Of a stretch of DNA of 64,000 nucleotides, positions 47,776 through 59,688 are shown piece by piece. This stretch comes from Candidatus Obscuribacterales bacterium (lineage in GTDB: Bacteria > Cyanobacteriota > Vampirovibrionia > Obscuribacterales > Obscuribacteraceae), in contig CBDDIJ010000005.1 in assembly GCA_965228855.1 (NCBI GenBank), positions 384,001-448,000 of the forward strand, written 5' to 3'. Position 1 is the first letter of the stretch. Each line of letters begins with the position of its first letter. A program made the translations under genes and the position numbers. Under the pieces are notes generated by a model. It was given only the letters and a program-made list of their open reading frames with translations. It was not told the origin of the DNA and made no database searches.

Positions 47776-49152
47776 TTACCTGTTCTCGTAAGAGTCCATT
47801 TTCTCTTTTACGTCAGCCGAGTAAAGTTCAAAACCAATTCGATCCGACCACGCCAAGCCGTTTTCAGTAAGATACATTCGACCGTCCACAGTCTCAACAA
47901 GTTTAAGATTCTGCAACTCGTTTAACTCGTTTGAAAAATCAGAAAGCAACGCTTCGTTGAATCGTGAGTAGTATTCATCGAAAGACAAACCATCTAGTTG
48001 TAATAACGACTGAATTACGAACCGGCGCTTTCGTTCCTCATCGTTCAAAACGAAACCATAGTCCGCGAAAGCAAACGAGTCGGATGAGGCATTGACGTAG
48101 TCATGCAAAATGTCACGAATCGGCTTCTGACCGACGGCGTACCTCATAGAATAGTGGTGCGCAGAAGTATAGGACCTCGCTCCACATCCGATACCAATCA
48201 TGCCGTCATCCTGGCAGCAGTAAACAGGTTTTGAAACTGAGTCTCGCTCTCGTCGCTCGAACATGCGCATCGACGACTGTTGATATCCGTTGTCCGTTAA
48301 AACGGTGCGCGCCTGGCGATACAGCTCCAGACGAATATCGGCGGTTTCCATACCAGCCGTTTCCCTACCGACACTTTGCCGTCCCATACCAGTTAGCGGC
48401 CTAATGTACAGTGGATAGAGATAAACTTGCTCAGGTTCGTAACTCAAAGTTTCACTTAGTGTTTGCATCCAGGTGTCAAATGTTTGCCCGGGCAAGCCGT
48501 ACATAAGATCGACGTTCAACGTTGGGAAGTTAAACTGCTTCAACCGCTCAAGCGCACGTCGGACAACATTCGAATCTTGAGACCGACCAATTGCTCTAAC
48601 TTCTGACTCGATAAAACTTTGAATTCCTATACTTAGTCGTTCAACTCCGCGCTCTTTCAAAACACTGAGTTTCTCGGTCTCCGCAGTGTATGGTGACGTC
48701 TCCACTGAGCAGGGTGCTTGTTCGGGATCTGTTTTGAAAACGCGATCGACTATGTCAAATAAACGTTCTAAATCGGTAGCGTTCAAATATGTCGGTGTGC
48801 CACCGCCTAATGCCATGCGAGCAAACGAAGCATTGCCCAGCGCTTCGGCAACTTCATGGCACTGACGCTCAACGGCGTCTAAGTACTGTTTCTCCAGCGA
48901 AGCTTCCGGATTTGTGGTTGTGAACAAATTGCAAAAGCCGCATCTCATCTCACAAAACGGAATGTGGAGATAGAGAAACAAAGCGTCGCGTTTCTCCGCT
49001 TTCCAAAGTTCCTTCAGTGGAACAGGCTGCGGGAAGTCGCGGTAAGCCGTTTTATGCGGATAAGAATACGAGTACGCTTGATAGCGCGTATCTGCGCCAT
49101 CCACGAACCGACGGGGAACGGTCACGGAACCACTGGTGGTATCACGCACCAC
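47776..49152 (-). CDS. STM4012-family HemN-like radical SAM protein
   Basis: YSYPHKTAYR, YLHIPFCEMRCGFCNLF, GGGTPT, YCCQDDGMIGIGCGARSY. Confidence 0.88.
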   Translation of the reverse strand: MVRDTTSGSVTVPRRFVDGADTRYQAYSYSYPHKTAYRDFPQPVPLKELWKAEKRDALFLYLHIPFCEMRCGFCNLFTTTNPEASLEKQYLDAVERQCHEVAEALGNASFARMALGGGTPTYLNATDLERLFDIVDRVFKTDPEQAPCSVETSPYTAETEKLSVLKERGVERLSIGIQSFIESEVRAIGRSQDSNVVRRALERLKQFNFPTLNVDLMYGLPGQTFDTWMQTLSETLSYEPEQVYLYPLYIRPLTGMGRQSVGRETAGMETADIRLELYRQARTVLTDNGYQQSSMRMFERRERDSVSKPVYCCQDDGMIGIGCGARSYTSAHHYSMRYAVGQKPIRDILHDYVNASSDSFAFADYGFVLNDEERKRRFVIQSLLQLDGLSFDEYYSRFNEALLSDFSNELNELQNLKLVETVDGRMYLTENGLAWSDRIGFELYSADVKEKMDSYENR

Positions 49153-49646
49153 TAGCTTTTCTCCTTCTTCTGCTTCATCGCCTTTTTCAGAGCTTCAAGT
49201 TCAGCATCAAGAGAAAGTGACTTTGACTCGCGTTCAAACTTTCTCTCGTCATCTTTCGCCGACAATTCAGCCAGTGCTTCCTTCTCGAAGATCTTGCCTT
49301 CCAACCTTTGAAGCGTTTCCTCACCATCATCGAAATCGGGCATGCTCGGCGGCGGCGGAATATTGACGTTATGCTCAAGTTTTGAAAGCGTCACCTTCAG
49401 TTGCTTTTCCAAATCTTCTTGAGACATCAAATCAGCTTCCAGTTCTGCAATTAGAAGCTCCAGCGACCTTATTCGATCGGTGACTTCCTTTTCGACATCG
49501 TCCGCCCCGGTTTTCTGCGTGATCGCCAGACGTTTACGCCAGGTCGCAAGCTCGCCTTTCGACTTATCCAGCTTCTCTTTGATCAACTTTTGAGATGTTA
49601 CGGCCTCAATGAGCGCGTTTCGCACCTCAGCGATTTCTTCGGACAT
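49152..49646 (-). CDS. PspA/IM30-like protein lacking the N-terminal helix
   Basis: Aligns by eye to PspA from about Met36; W in helix 2, LQRLEGKI..EALAEL, LDAELEALKK; GGAGAG RBS. Confidence 0.75.
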   Translation of the reverse strand: MSEEIAEVRNALIEAVTSQKLIKEKLDKSKGELATWRKRLAITQKTGADDVEKEVTDRIRSLELLIAELEADLMSQEDLEKQLKVTLSKLEHNVNIPPPPSMPDFDDGEETLQRLEGKIFEKEALAELSAKDDERKFERESKSLSLDAELEALKKAMKQKKEKS

Positions 49647-49884
49647 ATGCTCTCCAATAGCGCGCAACAGCCTTCAACAGGTTATTCATCGGTCACATCC
49701 ACCTCCACGCTCCCATATCAAGGTCGTCGTTTGCGGCTGATTATATTTTAGCTCCTGTTGCCTTTAAACCTTGCACCTTACTCAGAGCAACATGACCACA
49801 GTCACGCGCAGATATGACATATCTCAATCGTTTCGCCCAACGGTAAACGAGAGAATAAATTCATCAAACATCTGAGGAGCGCAA

Positions 49885-50274
49885 ATGTATCAAAACTCAG
49901 ACCATCGTCTACTTGAACTGAACCCGCTTTTTTCCTCTTGTATTCTAGGTTCGCTCTTTACTTCACTTCTGGTTCTCAGCGCAGCTGCCTTCCCGCAGAT
50001 CGTAGACCTGATGGTCGGAACCGCTTTCAATTGCCTTCTCCATCCCACAACCGTACTGCTCAATCCGCTCAGCTGGATCACAATTACGCCTAACATCATG
50101 TTCTGTGCTCTAGGCTACTTCTTTTTCAAGGGACAGGACGTGGCGATAGCGTTCTGGCTTACTGCCTACGCTCACTTTACGATCACGATACTTCTTATAC
50201 AGGCTTTGGGGAACAGGAGCGTGGTTCACGTTAAACGACGCAAGGCACGGATTTGCGGAGCAATCTACGCATAG
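49885..50274 (+). CDS. Hypothetical membrane protein, about 3 TM
   Basis: GAGGAG RBS; hydrophobic segments. Confidence 0.65.
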   Translation: MYQNSDHRLLELNPLFSSCILGSLFTSLLVLSAAAFPQIVDLMVGTAFNCLLHPTTVLLNPLSWITITPNIMFCALGYFFFKGQDVAIAFWLTAYAHFTITILLIQALGNRSVVHVKRRKARICGAIYA

Positions 50275-50286
50275 TCGGAAACCGGT

Positions 50287-51303
50287 TCACTTTCCTTCCA
50301 GCCAATACAGACGGTATTGCTTCCACTCATCTTCGTCCATCGTATATTCGGCAAAGGGTGCAACGCCCTCGAAAACGTCAGGCACCGCATCTGGTGACGC
50401 TAATCCTTGCCTGATTCCCTTGAGCGCTGTCACGAGATTCTCGCTGTATGTCATGTGTGCCGGCGTCCCTTTGTCCGTGTCGTATACAGGAATTCCGATT
50501 ATCACCGAGCATAGATGTTTCAAATCATCTTTGGACGCGGCGTTGCGCACAGCGCGAGTAACCTGAATGGCTTGCTGTTGCATAAGCCAGACATACGCAC
50601 GAGGATGATAGAGCCAGGAGTCGTATCCCATAACAGCAATCTGGTCGCAATGTGCAGAAATCACAGAAAAATGCTCGGAATCCCAACCCCAAAGCGCTCC
50701 GGGGTACCACATAGGAGTTGCCACCGAGAGAAGTTTCTCCGAACCAATCGCTGCGCGCGTCTCATCCAGTAACAGAGGAAACGTTTTGTCAGTGTTCGGG
50801 AAAAACTCATAGTCGAGTTGCACACCGTCAAACCCGCACTTTTCCGTTAGCCACTGGCAGGAAGCGACAAGATTCTCACGAGAATCTTTATCCTCAAGAT
50901 CAACCCCGACACGTCCAAAATTACTGGGCACATACAGCCAAGCCACTACCCGCACTTTGGGCAGTCGGCGGTGCAGCAGCTCGACAAGTTCGCGCGCCGG
51001 CTCTTCATACTTAAACAGCAAATTTCCATGACTGTCGGTGCTGCGCACATGGAAGTACGCATACTTAATCTGATTCGCAGATAAACGCTCGATAAGCTCA
51101 TCTCTCTCCTGCAGAGACTTTTTGCCGAAATACCAGAGATAACGAAGCCAGATGCCATTGGCACCTTTATTGAAGCTACTCCCGCCAGGTGGATTTAAAC
51201 TCAGATAGCTCACACAATCAGCCACAAATGCGACCGTCAACGCGACTAATACGCCGGCACTGATTCTAATTAACTTCAATCGGGATGCTCGTGCTGATGT
51301 CAT
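50287..51303 (-). CDS. Glycoside hydrolase family 18-like protein with N-terminal anchor
   Basis: GFDGVQLDYE (variant of DxxDxDxE), LLSVA, DQIAVMGYD, IIGIPVY. Confidence 0.75.
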   Translation of the reverse strand: MTSARASRLKLIRISAGVLVALTVAFVADCVSYLSLNPPGGSSFNKGANGIWLRYLWYFGKKSLQERDELIERLSANQIKYAYFHVRSTDSHGNLLFKYEEPARELVELLHRRLPKVRVVAWLYVPSNFGRVGVDLEDKDSRENLVASCQWLTEKCGFDGVQLDYEFFPNTDKTFPLLLDETRAAIGSEKLLSVATPMWYPGALWGWDSEHFSVISAHCDQIAVMGYDSWLYHPRAYVWLMQQQAIQVTRAVRNAASKDDLKHLCSVIIGIPVYDTDKGTPAHMTYSENLVTALKGIRQGLASPDAVPDVFEGVAPFAEYTMDEDEWKQYRLYWLEGK

Positions 51304-52106
51304 TTAGACTGAGGTAAAACAAACTCGCTGTATGGAACATTCCAGACACATTCATGTGAAACGCGATGCCCGACAAACCCATCCTCACCATATGCGGTGC
51401 CATGATCAGAAAAGATTAGAACTAACAAAGGAGCTCGCCTTCTCATTGTATCGAGAAGTTCCGGAAGCTGCTTGTCTACATAAGAAAGTGCCTGCGCCTG
51501 CGTTTCCTTCGAATCCTCGGTTGCACCGTCCGTAAAAATACAATTTGGCTGATGCAGCGCGGATACGTTCAAGAAGAGAAAAAGTCGTTTCTCACTGTCA
51601 GTTTTATTGATTATTTCCGTAGCCAACCGAACCTGGTTCGCTGTCGAATTTCGATCGGTAACGCCCAGTGACTTACTCCAGTAACTCTCTGAGAAGAAAG
51701 CGGGTAGAGCGTTGCCCAGTGGATTTAGTTTGTTGAAGAAACCGACTCCGCCTATGCAAACGGTTCTATAACCTTGTGAGGCGAATCCGGAAATTATGTC
51801 CGGAGTATCGAACACAACAGTGCTATCACCCGTGGTGACGCTTCCTTCGAACTTAACGGCAAATAGACGCTCATGTTCACCTGGTGTCGCAGGAGTTGGC
51901 AGAAAGCCAGTGAAGAACGCTTGATGCGCGGGAAGTGTGAAATTACCGGGACTGTGCCTTAGCTCCCATTTACCTCCGGGAAGCAACGCCTTTATGTTAG
52001 GAGTCAAACCCGCATCAAGCGCCTCAACAGCTACATCGTAACGTAGCGCATCCAGTGTGACGAGAAGAACGTCATGCGTCCCCACAATTTCTCGAGCGTT
52101 AAGCAT
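51300..52106 (-). CDS. STM4013-family hydrolase, alkaline-phosphatase/sulfatase fold
   Basis: TLDALRYD, HSPGNFTLPAHQAFFTGFLPTP, NVSALHQPN, SDHGTAYGEDG. Confidence 0.88.
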   Translation of the reverse strand: MLNAREIVGTHDVLLVTLDALRYDVAVEALDAGLTPNIKALLPGGKWELRHSPGNFTLPAHQAFFTGFLPTPATPGEHERLFAVKFEGSVTTGDSTVVFDTPDIISGFASQGYRTVCIGGVGFFNKLNPLGNALPAFFSESYWSKSLGVTDRNSTANQVRLATEIINKTDSEKRLFLFLNVSALHQPNCIFTDGATEDSKETQAQALSYVDKQLPELLDTMRRRAPLLVLIFSDHGTAYGEDGFVGHRVSHECVWNVPYSEFVLPQSK

Positions 52107-53274
52107 TGACGCCCACCTTGCTGAGCCGGTGCCGCATCGCCTTCAGTTCCCACTCGTAAGTGCTCAATCCATCGCAGAGTATCCCCGGCAACAGGTCGCC
52201 AAAGGCGTTAGCTTCAGACACCACATGGCTGCGCATATCGGAACTGACAAGAACGTCGATGCCCAGGTATAAACAATTCGGAAAAACTCCAGCGACCCGA
52301 CGGCACGAGTTCATCACCTCCGTCCAAAATAATTCACCCATGGCCTTGCGAACACTTTGCAACTGCCCACGACCGTTTAATAAATGCAAATTCGTAAAAG
52401 GTGTGAGACTTTCACGAACGACCACATGCCTGCATTCACCGCCTATGGTGACAACTCGCAAATCGAACGTTTTCCCGTTCAACCCTGCTTTGGGGTACCA
52501 TTTCTCGACAAATATATTGTGCTCGCCTAATCGATCGATCAGAGTGCGAATCTCTTGAATATCATAGATACGCCGCACTCTTCGCGTGTTATAGATCCTA
52601 GTTTTACCTCCGGTGGAAACGGCTTCCACGGTGGTAGAAGCTAACTGTCGGTTTTGGCTTCGTTCAAAAGCAACAATGCCCGAGGCACTTGAACTATGAG
52701 CCGGTTTTACAAAAACTCGATTGCACTCGTTCCTATCCATAAGTTCAACGAGATCGTTGAACTTATGGATAGGACCAAGCAACTTCGTCGTCCTGATTTC
52801 AGCAAGGCGAAACAGCTCGTGGCACCTAATTTTATCAAATAGAATCTCTATATCGGTAGCAGAGTTCATAACCATATGCGGTGCACTCGCCTTCAATTGC
52901 ACGTCAATCAGTCTCAAGAGGCGACACCATCCCTGATACCATTGGTGCTGCGACAAAATTAATCCGCGATCAAATTGCAGAGCATCGATATCGTCATGGC
53001 ACAATGCTCCCGGGAGATTGAAATCACTTTCCTTGCTGCTAATTCCGAGACGCAACAAATCCCGCTCCAACTCAAAATCCTTTCCTGGGGATTCGATTCG
53101 AACAATATCATCGGGTTCAACTATGTCGGAAAGCTCTACCGCACCGCGAATCAGCCCCTGGAAGGAAACGACAATGATCCCCTCGATACTCTGACCGTAC
53201 TCACTTTGCTCAAGTGTGTTTCGAAACAGCTCGAGCCGTCTGCCCTCAGTTCCAATCCAGACCAGGCGACGCAT
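52099..53274 (-). CDS. STM4014-family ATP-grasp protein
   Basis: RIESPG, FDK..CH, FVKPAHSSSASG, FDLRV, TNLHL, EANAFGDLLP. Confidence 0.85.
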   Translation of the reverse strand: MRRLVWIGTEGRRLELFRNTLEQSEYGQSIEGIIVVSFQGLIRGAVELSDIVEPDDIVRIESPGKDFELERDLLRLGISSKESDFNLPGALCHDDIDALQFDRGLILSQHQWYQGWCRLLRLIDVQLKASAPHMVMNSATDIEILFDKIRCHELFRLAEIRTTKLLGPIHKFNDLVELMDRNECNRVFVKPAHSSSASGIVAFERSQNRQLASTTVEAVSTGGKTRIYNTRRVRRIYDIQEIRTLIDRLGEHNIFVEKWYPKAGLNGKTFDLRVVTIGGECRHVVVRESLTPFTNLHLLNGRGQLQSVRKAMGELFWTEVMNSCRRVAGVFPNCLYLGIDVLVSSDMRSHVVSEANAFGDLLPGILCDGLSTYEWELKAMRHRLSKVGVNA

Positions 53275-54218
53275 TATTCACTGACCGCGATGAAACGCCA
53301 GATGGTTCCATCCTCTTCGCGATCACCCTCTTGCTTATCATCCAGATTTACTTTGATACCAAGGCTAAGAAATTTCTTGCTCATTTCATCCGACAAATAG
53401 TGGTAGTGGAGATCTAGATAGTCGAGATTCTTAAGATGCGGGCATTTGAGAAGAGCTTCACCACCTGTATCAGTCATGGTGCCCATCGACAAATCAAGCA
53501 CCCGGAGTTTTGAAACAACTTTCGATCTTGCAATCAGCTCCGCAATTTCGTCGGCCTTCTCAGAATTTTTCAAGCCAAGATATCGGAGCTTCGGAAAGTA
53601 GTCTCCGTTTATCAACCTATCAATGCTATCAATCGTGTACTCGGCGCCGTAATTCTCCTCGCCGAGCCAAATTTCGAGGTGCTCGAGTTCCGGAAGTCTG
53701 GTAGCCAGGTCACTGGGAACGTCTGCAGGCAAACCGCTACATTGCAGAACAAAAGAACGCAAGTCTTTGCATTTACCTAAGCCATCACCAATCGTCAAAC
53801 CTCCGGCACCTCGAATGGCAAAGTGCGTCAACTTGGGAAATGCTGTCCACAATTCACCTATATCGCCGTGATCGAGCCACGAGCACTCGGACTCCTCCAT
53901 AATCACATCGCCGAAAAACATCTGGCGAAGACCGCAAAGCTTATCCTTGTATTTCACAAGAAGCTCGACGATAAACTCTGTATCCTGAGACCCAACATCT
54001 TCCCACGGACCTATCACTAGTGATTCCAGGTGCTCTACAAGCGGATCGGCGAGCAGTCGATCAAGTTTGTCCTCCCAGTAAAGACCATCATCCTCGTACT
54101 CACTGTAGGTTAAACTGACACGAATCGCTTCACCGTGAGGGTCAATGATTCTCTTATTCGTGTCAAAGTCGACTACCGGCTTGCCACAAAATTGAATAAG
54201 ATGTTCATTGATTGTCAT
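53274..54218 (-). CDS. STM4015-family LRR-like protein
   Basis: LESLVIGPW, FFGD...E.ECSW, LEHLEIWLG..NYG, FPKLRYLGLKNSE, LDLSMGT, C-terminal AVSE. Confidence 0.85.
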   Translation of the reverse strand: MTINEHLIQFCGKPVVDFDTNKRIIDPHGEAIRVSLTYSEYEDDGLYWEDKLDRLLADPLVEHLESLVIGPWEDVGSQDTEFIVELLVKYKDKLCGLRQMFFGDVIMEESECSWLDHGDIGELWTAFPKLTHFAIRGAGGLTIGDGLGKCKDLRSFVLQCSGLPADVPSDLATRLPELEHLEIWLGEENYGAEYTIDSIDRLINGDYFPKLRYLGLKNSEKADEIAELIARSKVVSKLRVLDLSMGTMTDTGGEALLKCPHLKNLDYLDLHYHYLSDEMSKKFLSLGIKVNLDDKQEGDREEDGTIWRFIAVSE

Positions 54219-54263
54219 TCGATCCCCTCAGGCTTAGAGCGATTCGGCTGCGCGTGCATCAAA

Positions 54264-54962
54264 TCAGTAATTACTTCGCTCGGTTGAGTTCAGCTTGACG
54301 CTTGTAACGAACAACCGAATTTTTTTCTGACCGGCAACGCGAATTGGTTTACCGTCAATGCTTGCTGCCCAAATGGCAACAAGGTCGGTACCGTTGCAAA
54401 TGGCAGTGATCGTTCCCGGAGGCGCTTCCCACTCATCAGGAGGGTCGTCCTCCCACTCACTCGCCTGCGTCGCGGTCAAACTTGGATCGAACTGCAATCG
54501 GATTCGTTTATCACCGAGGGCACCGAATGTGGTGGTCGGTTCGAGACTGTCATTTTCGAATCCACTGGAAGCATTGTTCACGACATTGGTAGGACCAGAG
54601 TAGTATTGATAGAACGGATCGGTGCTGAAACCGGCTGAAGATTGCAATTTTCCAGACTCAAAGGGATTGTTGGGACAGAGTTCGTTCAACTGACGAACAG
54701 CGTCATTCTCTTGATCGCCTGGTTCAGGCCAGTGGCGGTTCCAAATACAATATTGACTTATCCAAGAAGCGATTCGGACCATCTGTTCATAGAGTTCCGT
54801 GTCAGCTTGGGAAGTCGCAAGTCTGCGCTCCATGCGTTTCTCGACGCGCTCAAGTTTCGCATCGTCGTCCATCGAATCGTCATCGCCGAGCGCTGCAGCT
54901 GGGACCTGACCAGAGACCAGGAACAAGATGGCGATCAACGTGTTTCGAAACGCCTGTTTCAT
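54264..54962 (-). CDS. Hypothetical secreted protein
   Basis: Signal peptide MKQAFRNTLIAILFLVSGQVPAAA; NPF motif. Confidence 0.65.
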   Translation of the reverse strand: MKQAFRNTLIAILFLVSGQVPAAALGDDDSMDDDAKLERVEKRMERRLATSQADTELYEQMVRIASWISQYCIWNRHWPEPGDQENDAVRQLNELCPNNPFESGKLQSSAGFSTDPFYQYYSGPTNVVNNASSGFENDSLEPTTTFGALGDKRIRLQFDPSLTATQASEWEDDPPDEWEAPPGTITAICNGTDLVAIWAASIDGKPIRVAGQKKIRLFVTSVKLNSTERSNY

Positions 54963-55011
54963 AGATAAATATCCCGAAGTGCAAGCCAATTATACCCGGC
55001 GAGAAGAATGC

Positions 55012-55045
55012 AAAAAAATGAGGGAGCCTTTCGACCCCCTCATTC
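55012..55045 (-). terminator. groEL terminator
   Basis: AATGAGGG...CCCTCATT stem followed by a T-run on the minus strand. Confidence 0.65.
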
Positions 55046-55067
55046 GTTTTATCATTGGTTTCTTCGA

Positions 55068-57139
<2,072 letters not shown>

Positions 57140-57358
57140 TGCAGTATCCTCCTTATTAGCTAGAACACAAACCGAAACAGATACGCAGTCCAACCAGAGT
57201 TATTGGGGAGGCTGCGAAAAATCTTTCACACCAAAGTTTATAAACTCAGCTTGTCCTTTGCTGACTTCCGCCGTTTTTCTTAAGATTTTGTTCGATCGCA
57301 GTTCTAAACCGGCTTCAGTACTGGAGCCTGTTTCGGGTGTTTATCGCGACAAGGTCTG

Positions 57359-59044
57359 TTAAGAGTCTTTGCCTTGACCCTTCTTCTTGCCAACGAGGGA
57401 GCCGGTAGACGTCAGCCATGACGCGTACTCCGGAGCTACCGTAAGTCTGCTTTGCAGCCGCTGCTGTCGTTCAGAGATTACTGCCATTCGTGCCTGGTTA
57501 GCCAGGTCGGTCCAAGCAAGCTCACCGGGCTTAAGGTTGCCCGCCAGCCGCACGATTTTGACACGGTCGCGCCCCTCGAACTTCGCGATGTCTAAAGCCT
57601 GCTCAGCACCCACCAGAAGCTCTTCAGCATTGGCAGCGATACTGGGGAATGACGAGACGCCGATCGAAACGGTTAGAGTTCCGATGCCCGGAGCCGTTCG
57701 ATCCCGAACGGCCTGCCGCACCCGGTCAGCGACTTCGTAAACATTAGCTCCGGGTGTTTCCGGAAGTATGACGGCAATTTCTTCGCCGCCGTATCGGCAG
57801 GCTATGTCGATGTCTCTCAAGGTGTCCTTCACGACGGCTGCAACATGCCTGATCGCTTCATCACCCTTTTCTTGGCCAAGATGTTCGTTGATCTGGCCGA
57901 GATGGTCGATGTCGATGAGCAGAAGACCCAGTTCGTGCTTATGACGGTCAGAGCGCTCCACTTCCTTGGGCAAAGCATCCTGGAAGTACAGCCGATTGTA
58001 TAACCCGGTATGCACATCAAGCGCGGACTGTTGCGAAGCGGACTGGTGTGTGAGCGCGACATTTAAAGCTGTACCGACTTGCGCGGCAAGGGATTCTAGT
58101 AGCTCTACCTGTTCGCGATGGAAAGCGCGCGGCTCGGTTGAGAAAACTTCGAGGGCACCAATGGCGGCATCACCATAAATGATCGGCAAAGCGACCACGC
58201 TCTGGAAAGGGCTGCCACCGGTGGCTCTAGGCATGCCATAAGGCTCCCGCGATCCTTCTCCAAGATATTCGGTGCGACCGTTTCGCAAGCTGGAGCCGGC
58301 CACTGAACCGGCGAATGACAGATCGAATTCATTCAAGCTCGCGCCCTCGAGCCCCTTGAAGGCGGCGAGGTTAAAGCGGTCGGATGTTTCGTTCAAAATA
58401 AGAACAGCACAGCAGGGTGTGTTACCGAGAATGACAGCGGTGTCTGCTGCGATTTGCAACACTTCGTTGACCTGAAGCATGCTGCCGGAGAGCGCGCATG
58501 ATGTTTTATACAGTGTATTTAAACGCTCACGCTCATATTCGCTACGTCCGAACAAAATTGAGTTAGCTACTGCAAGAGCAGTTACGTCGGCCACCTCTTT
58601 ATAGAAATCGATGTAGGCAAGAATGCTGGCATTGCTTACTTCCATCAAGACTGCGCCGACCAGGAGATTGGCTGAAATAAGTGGAAGCGCGATTTGCCCC
58701 TGACTGCCTTCTCTTTTCATTATTTGCGCAGATAGATCCGGAGCAGATTCGGGGTCACTGGACGAGACTGGACTGCGTTGTTGAACTACATATTTGAGTA
58801 AGCCGTCGAGGTTGAACGGAACGATACGCAGCTGTTCAAGGGTCTTTTCAGAATAGCCCTTTGCCGCCATCAGCTTGAACGACATACTCTCGTTGTCGGA
58901 GAGGAAAAATGCGACCTTTGCGCCGCCTGCCAACTCGGAAAACTGGATAACGGCCGCGTCCAGAACATCCTTAAGCCTCAATGAGGAAAGGAGAGCTTTC
59001 TGCAGCGCTATGTATCTTTGCAGGAGATTGCCGTCATTTGCCAT
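57359..59044 (-). CDS. GAF-GAF-GGDEF diguanylate cyclase
   Basis: Two GAF-like domains; D.HTGLYNR, RDID I-site, RYGGEEI, KFEGRDRV. Confidence 0.9.
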   Translation of the reverse strand: MANDGNLLQRYIALQKALLSSLRLKDVLDAAVIQFSELAGGAKVAFFLSDNESMSFKLMAAKGYSEKTLEQLRIVPFNLDGLLKYVVQQRSPVSSSDPESAPDLSAQIMKREGSQGQIALPLISANLLVGAVLMEVSNASILAYIDFYKEVADVTALAVANSILFGRSEYERERLNTLYKTSCALSGSMLQVNEVLQIAADTAVILGNTPCCAVLILNETSDRFNLAAFKGLEGASLNEFDLSFAGSVAGSSLRNGRTEYLGEGSREPYGMPRATGGSPFQSVVALPIIYGDAAIGALEVFSTEPRAFHREQVELLESLAAQVGTALNVALTHQSASQQSALDVHTGLYNRLYFQDALPKEVERSDRHKHELGLLLIDIDHLGQINEHLGQEKGDEAIRHVAAVVKDTLRDIDIACRYGGEEIAVILPETPGANVYEVADRVRQAVRDRTAPGIGTLTVSIGVSSFPSIAANAEELLVGAEQALDIAKFEGRDRVKIVRLAGNLKPGELAWTDLANQARMAVISERQQRLQSRLTVAPEYASWLTSTGSLVGKKKGQGKDS

Positions 59045-59181
59045 CGGAAAATTTGCTCCGTCCGTGAAAAAGCGAGTGTGCCAACTGTCAAGCTGGTATC
59101 GTTTTGAAGATAATAAGCATAAACTTCAAACTAAAAAGAAACTACCCATCTTTCCAGAATTGACACAGGAGAGTTGACAAA

Positions 59182-59538
59182 ATGTCGCCAAGTGGAACAT
59201 CGGATCCGAACTGTCTGTTTTGCAAAATAACTAGAAAAGATATTCCTGCAAACATTGTTAGCGAGGACGATGAATTCGTCGCGTTTAGAGACATCAACGC
59301 TCAGGCGCCTTCTCATGTTCTTGTAATTCCGAAAGAACATATCCGCAACATCAGTGAAGCTGGCGATGCGGAACAACTCGGCAAACTATTTCAAAAGGCG
59401 TGCCAGGTTGCACGCAGTGAGAAACTGGACGGTGGTTTTCGAGTCGTCGTTAACACCGGTGACGACGCGGGTCAAACAGTGCATCACGTGCACGTGCATG
59501 TGATGGGCGGGCGTCGTATGAACTGGCCGCCGGGCTAG
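59182..59538 (+). CDS. HIT-family nucleotide-binding protein, Hint/PKCI type
   Basis: CLFCKI, FRDINAQAP.HVLVIPK, GQTVHHVHVHVMGGR, WPPG. Confidence 0.95.
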   Translation: MSPSGTSDPNCLFCKITRKDIPANIVSEDDEFVAFRDINAQAPSHVLVIPKEHIRNISEAGDAEQLGKLFQKACQVARSEKLDGGFRVVVNTGDDAGQTVHHVHVHVMGGRRMNWPPG

Positions 59539-59663
59539 GCAGACGGCTCACCTGATAGCGCCGTAACAGAACGGACTGAATATATGCAATTGATAGCCTC
59601 TGAAAACCGGCATAACCGCTAGGCTGGGCGAATATTGTTTTTGTAGTCTATCGACAATTTTCT

Positions 59664-59688
59664 CCAGTTTCGCGTGTATCGAAACTGG
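59664..59688. promoter_or_regulatory. Perfect 9-bp inverted repeat, putative operator
   Basis: CCAGTTTCG-N7-CGAAACTGG in intergenic DNA, no T-tail. Confidence 0.45.
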
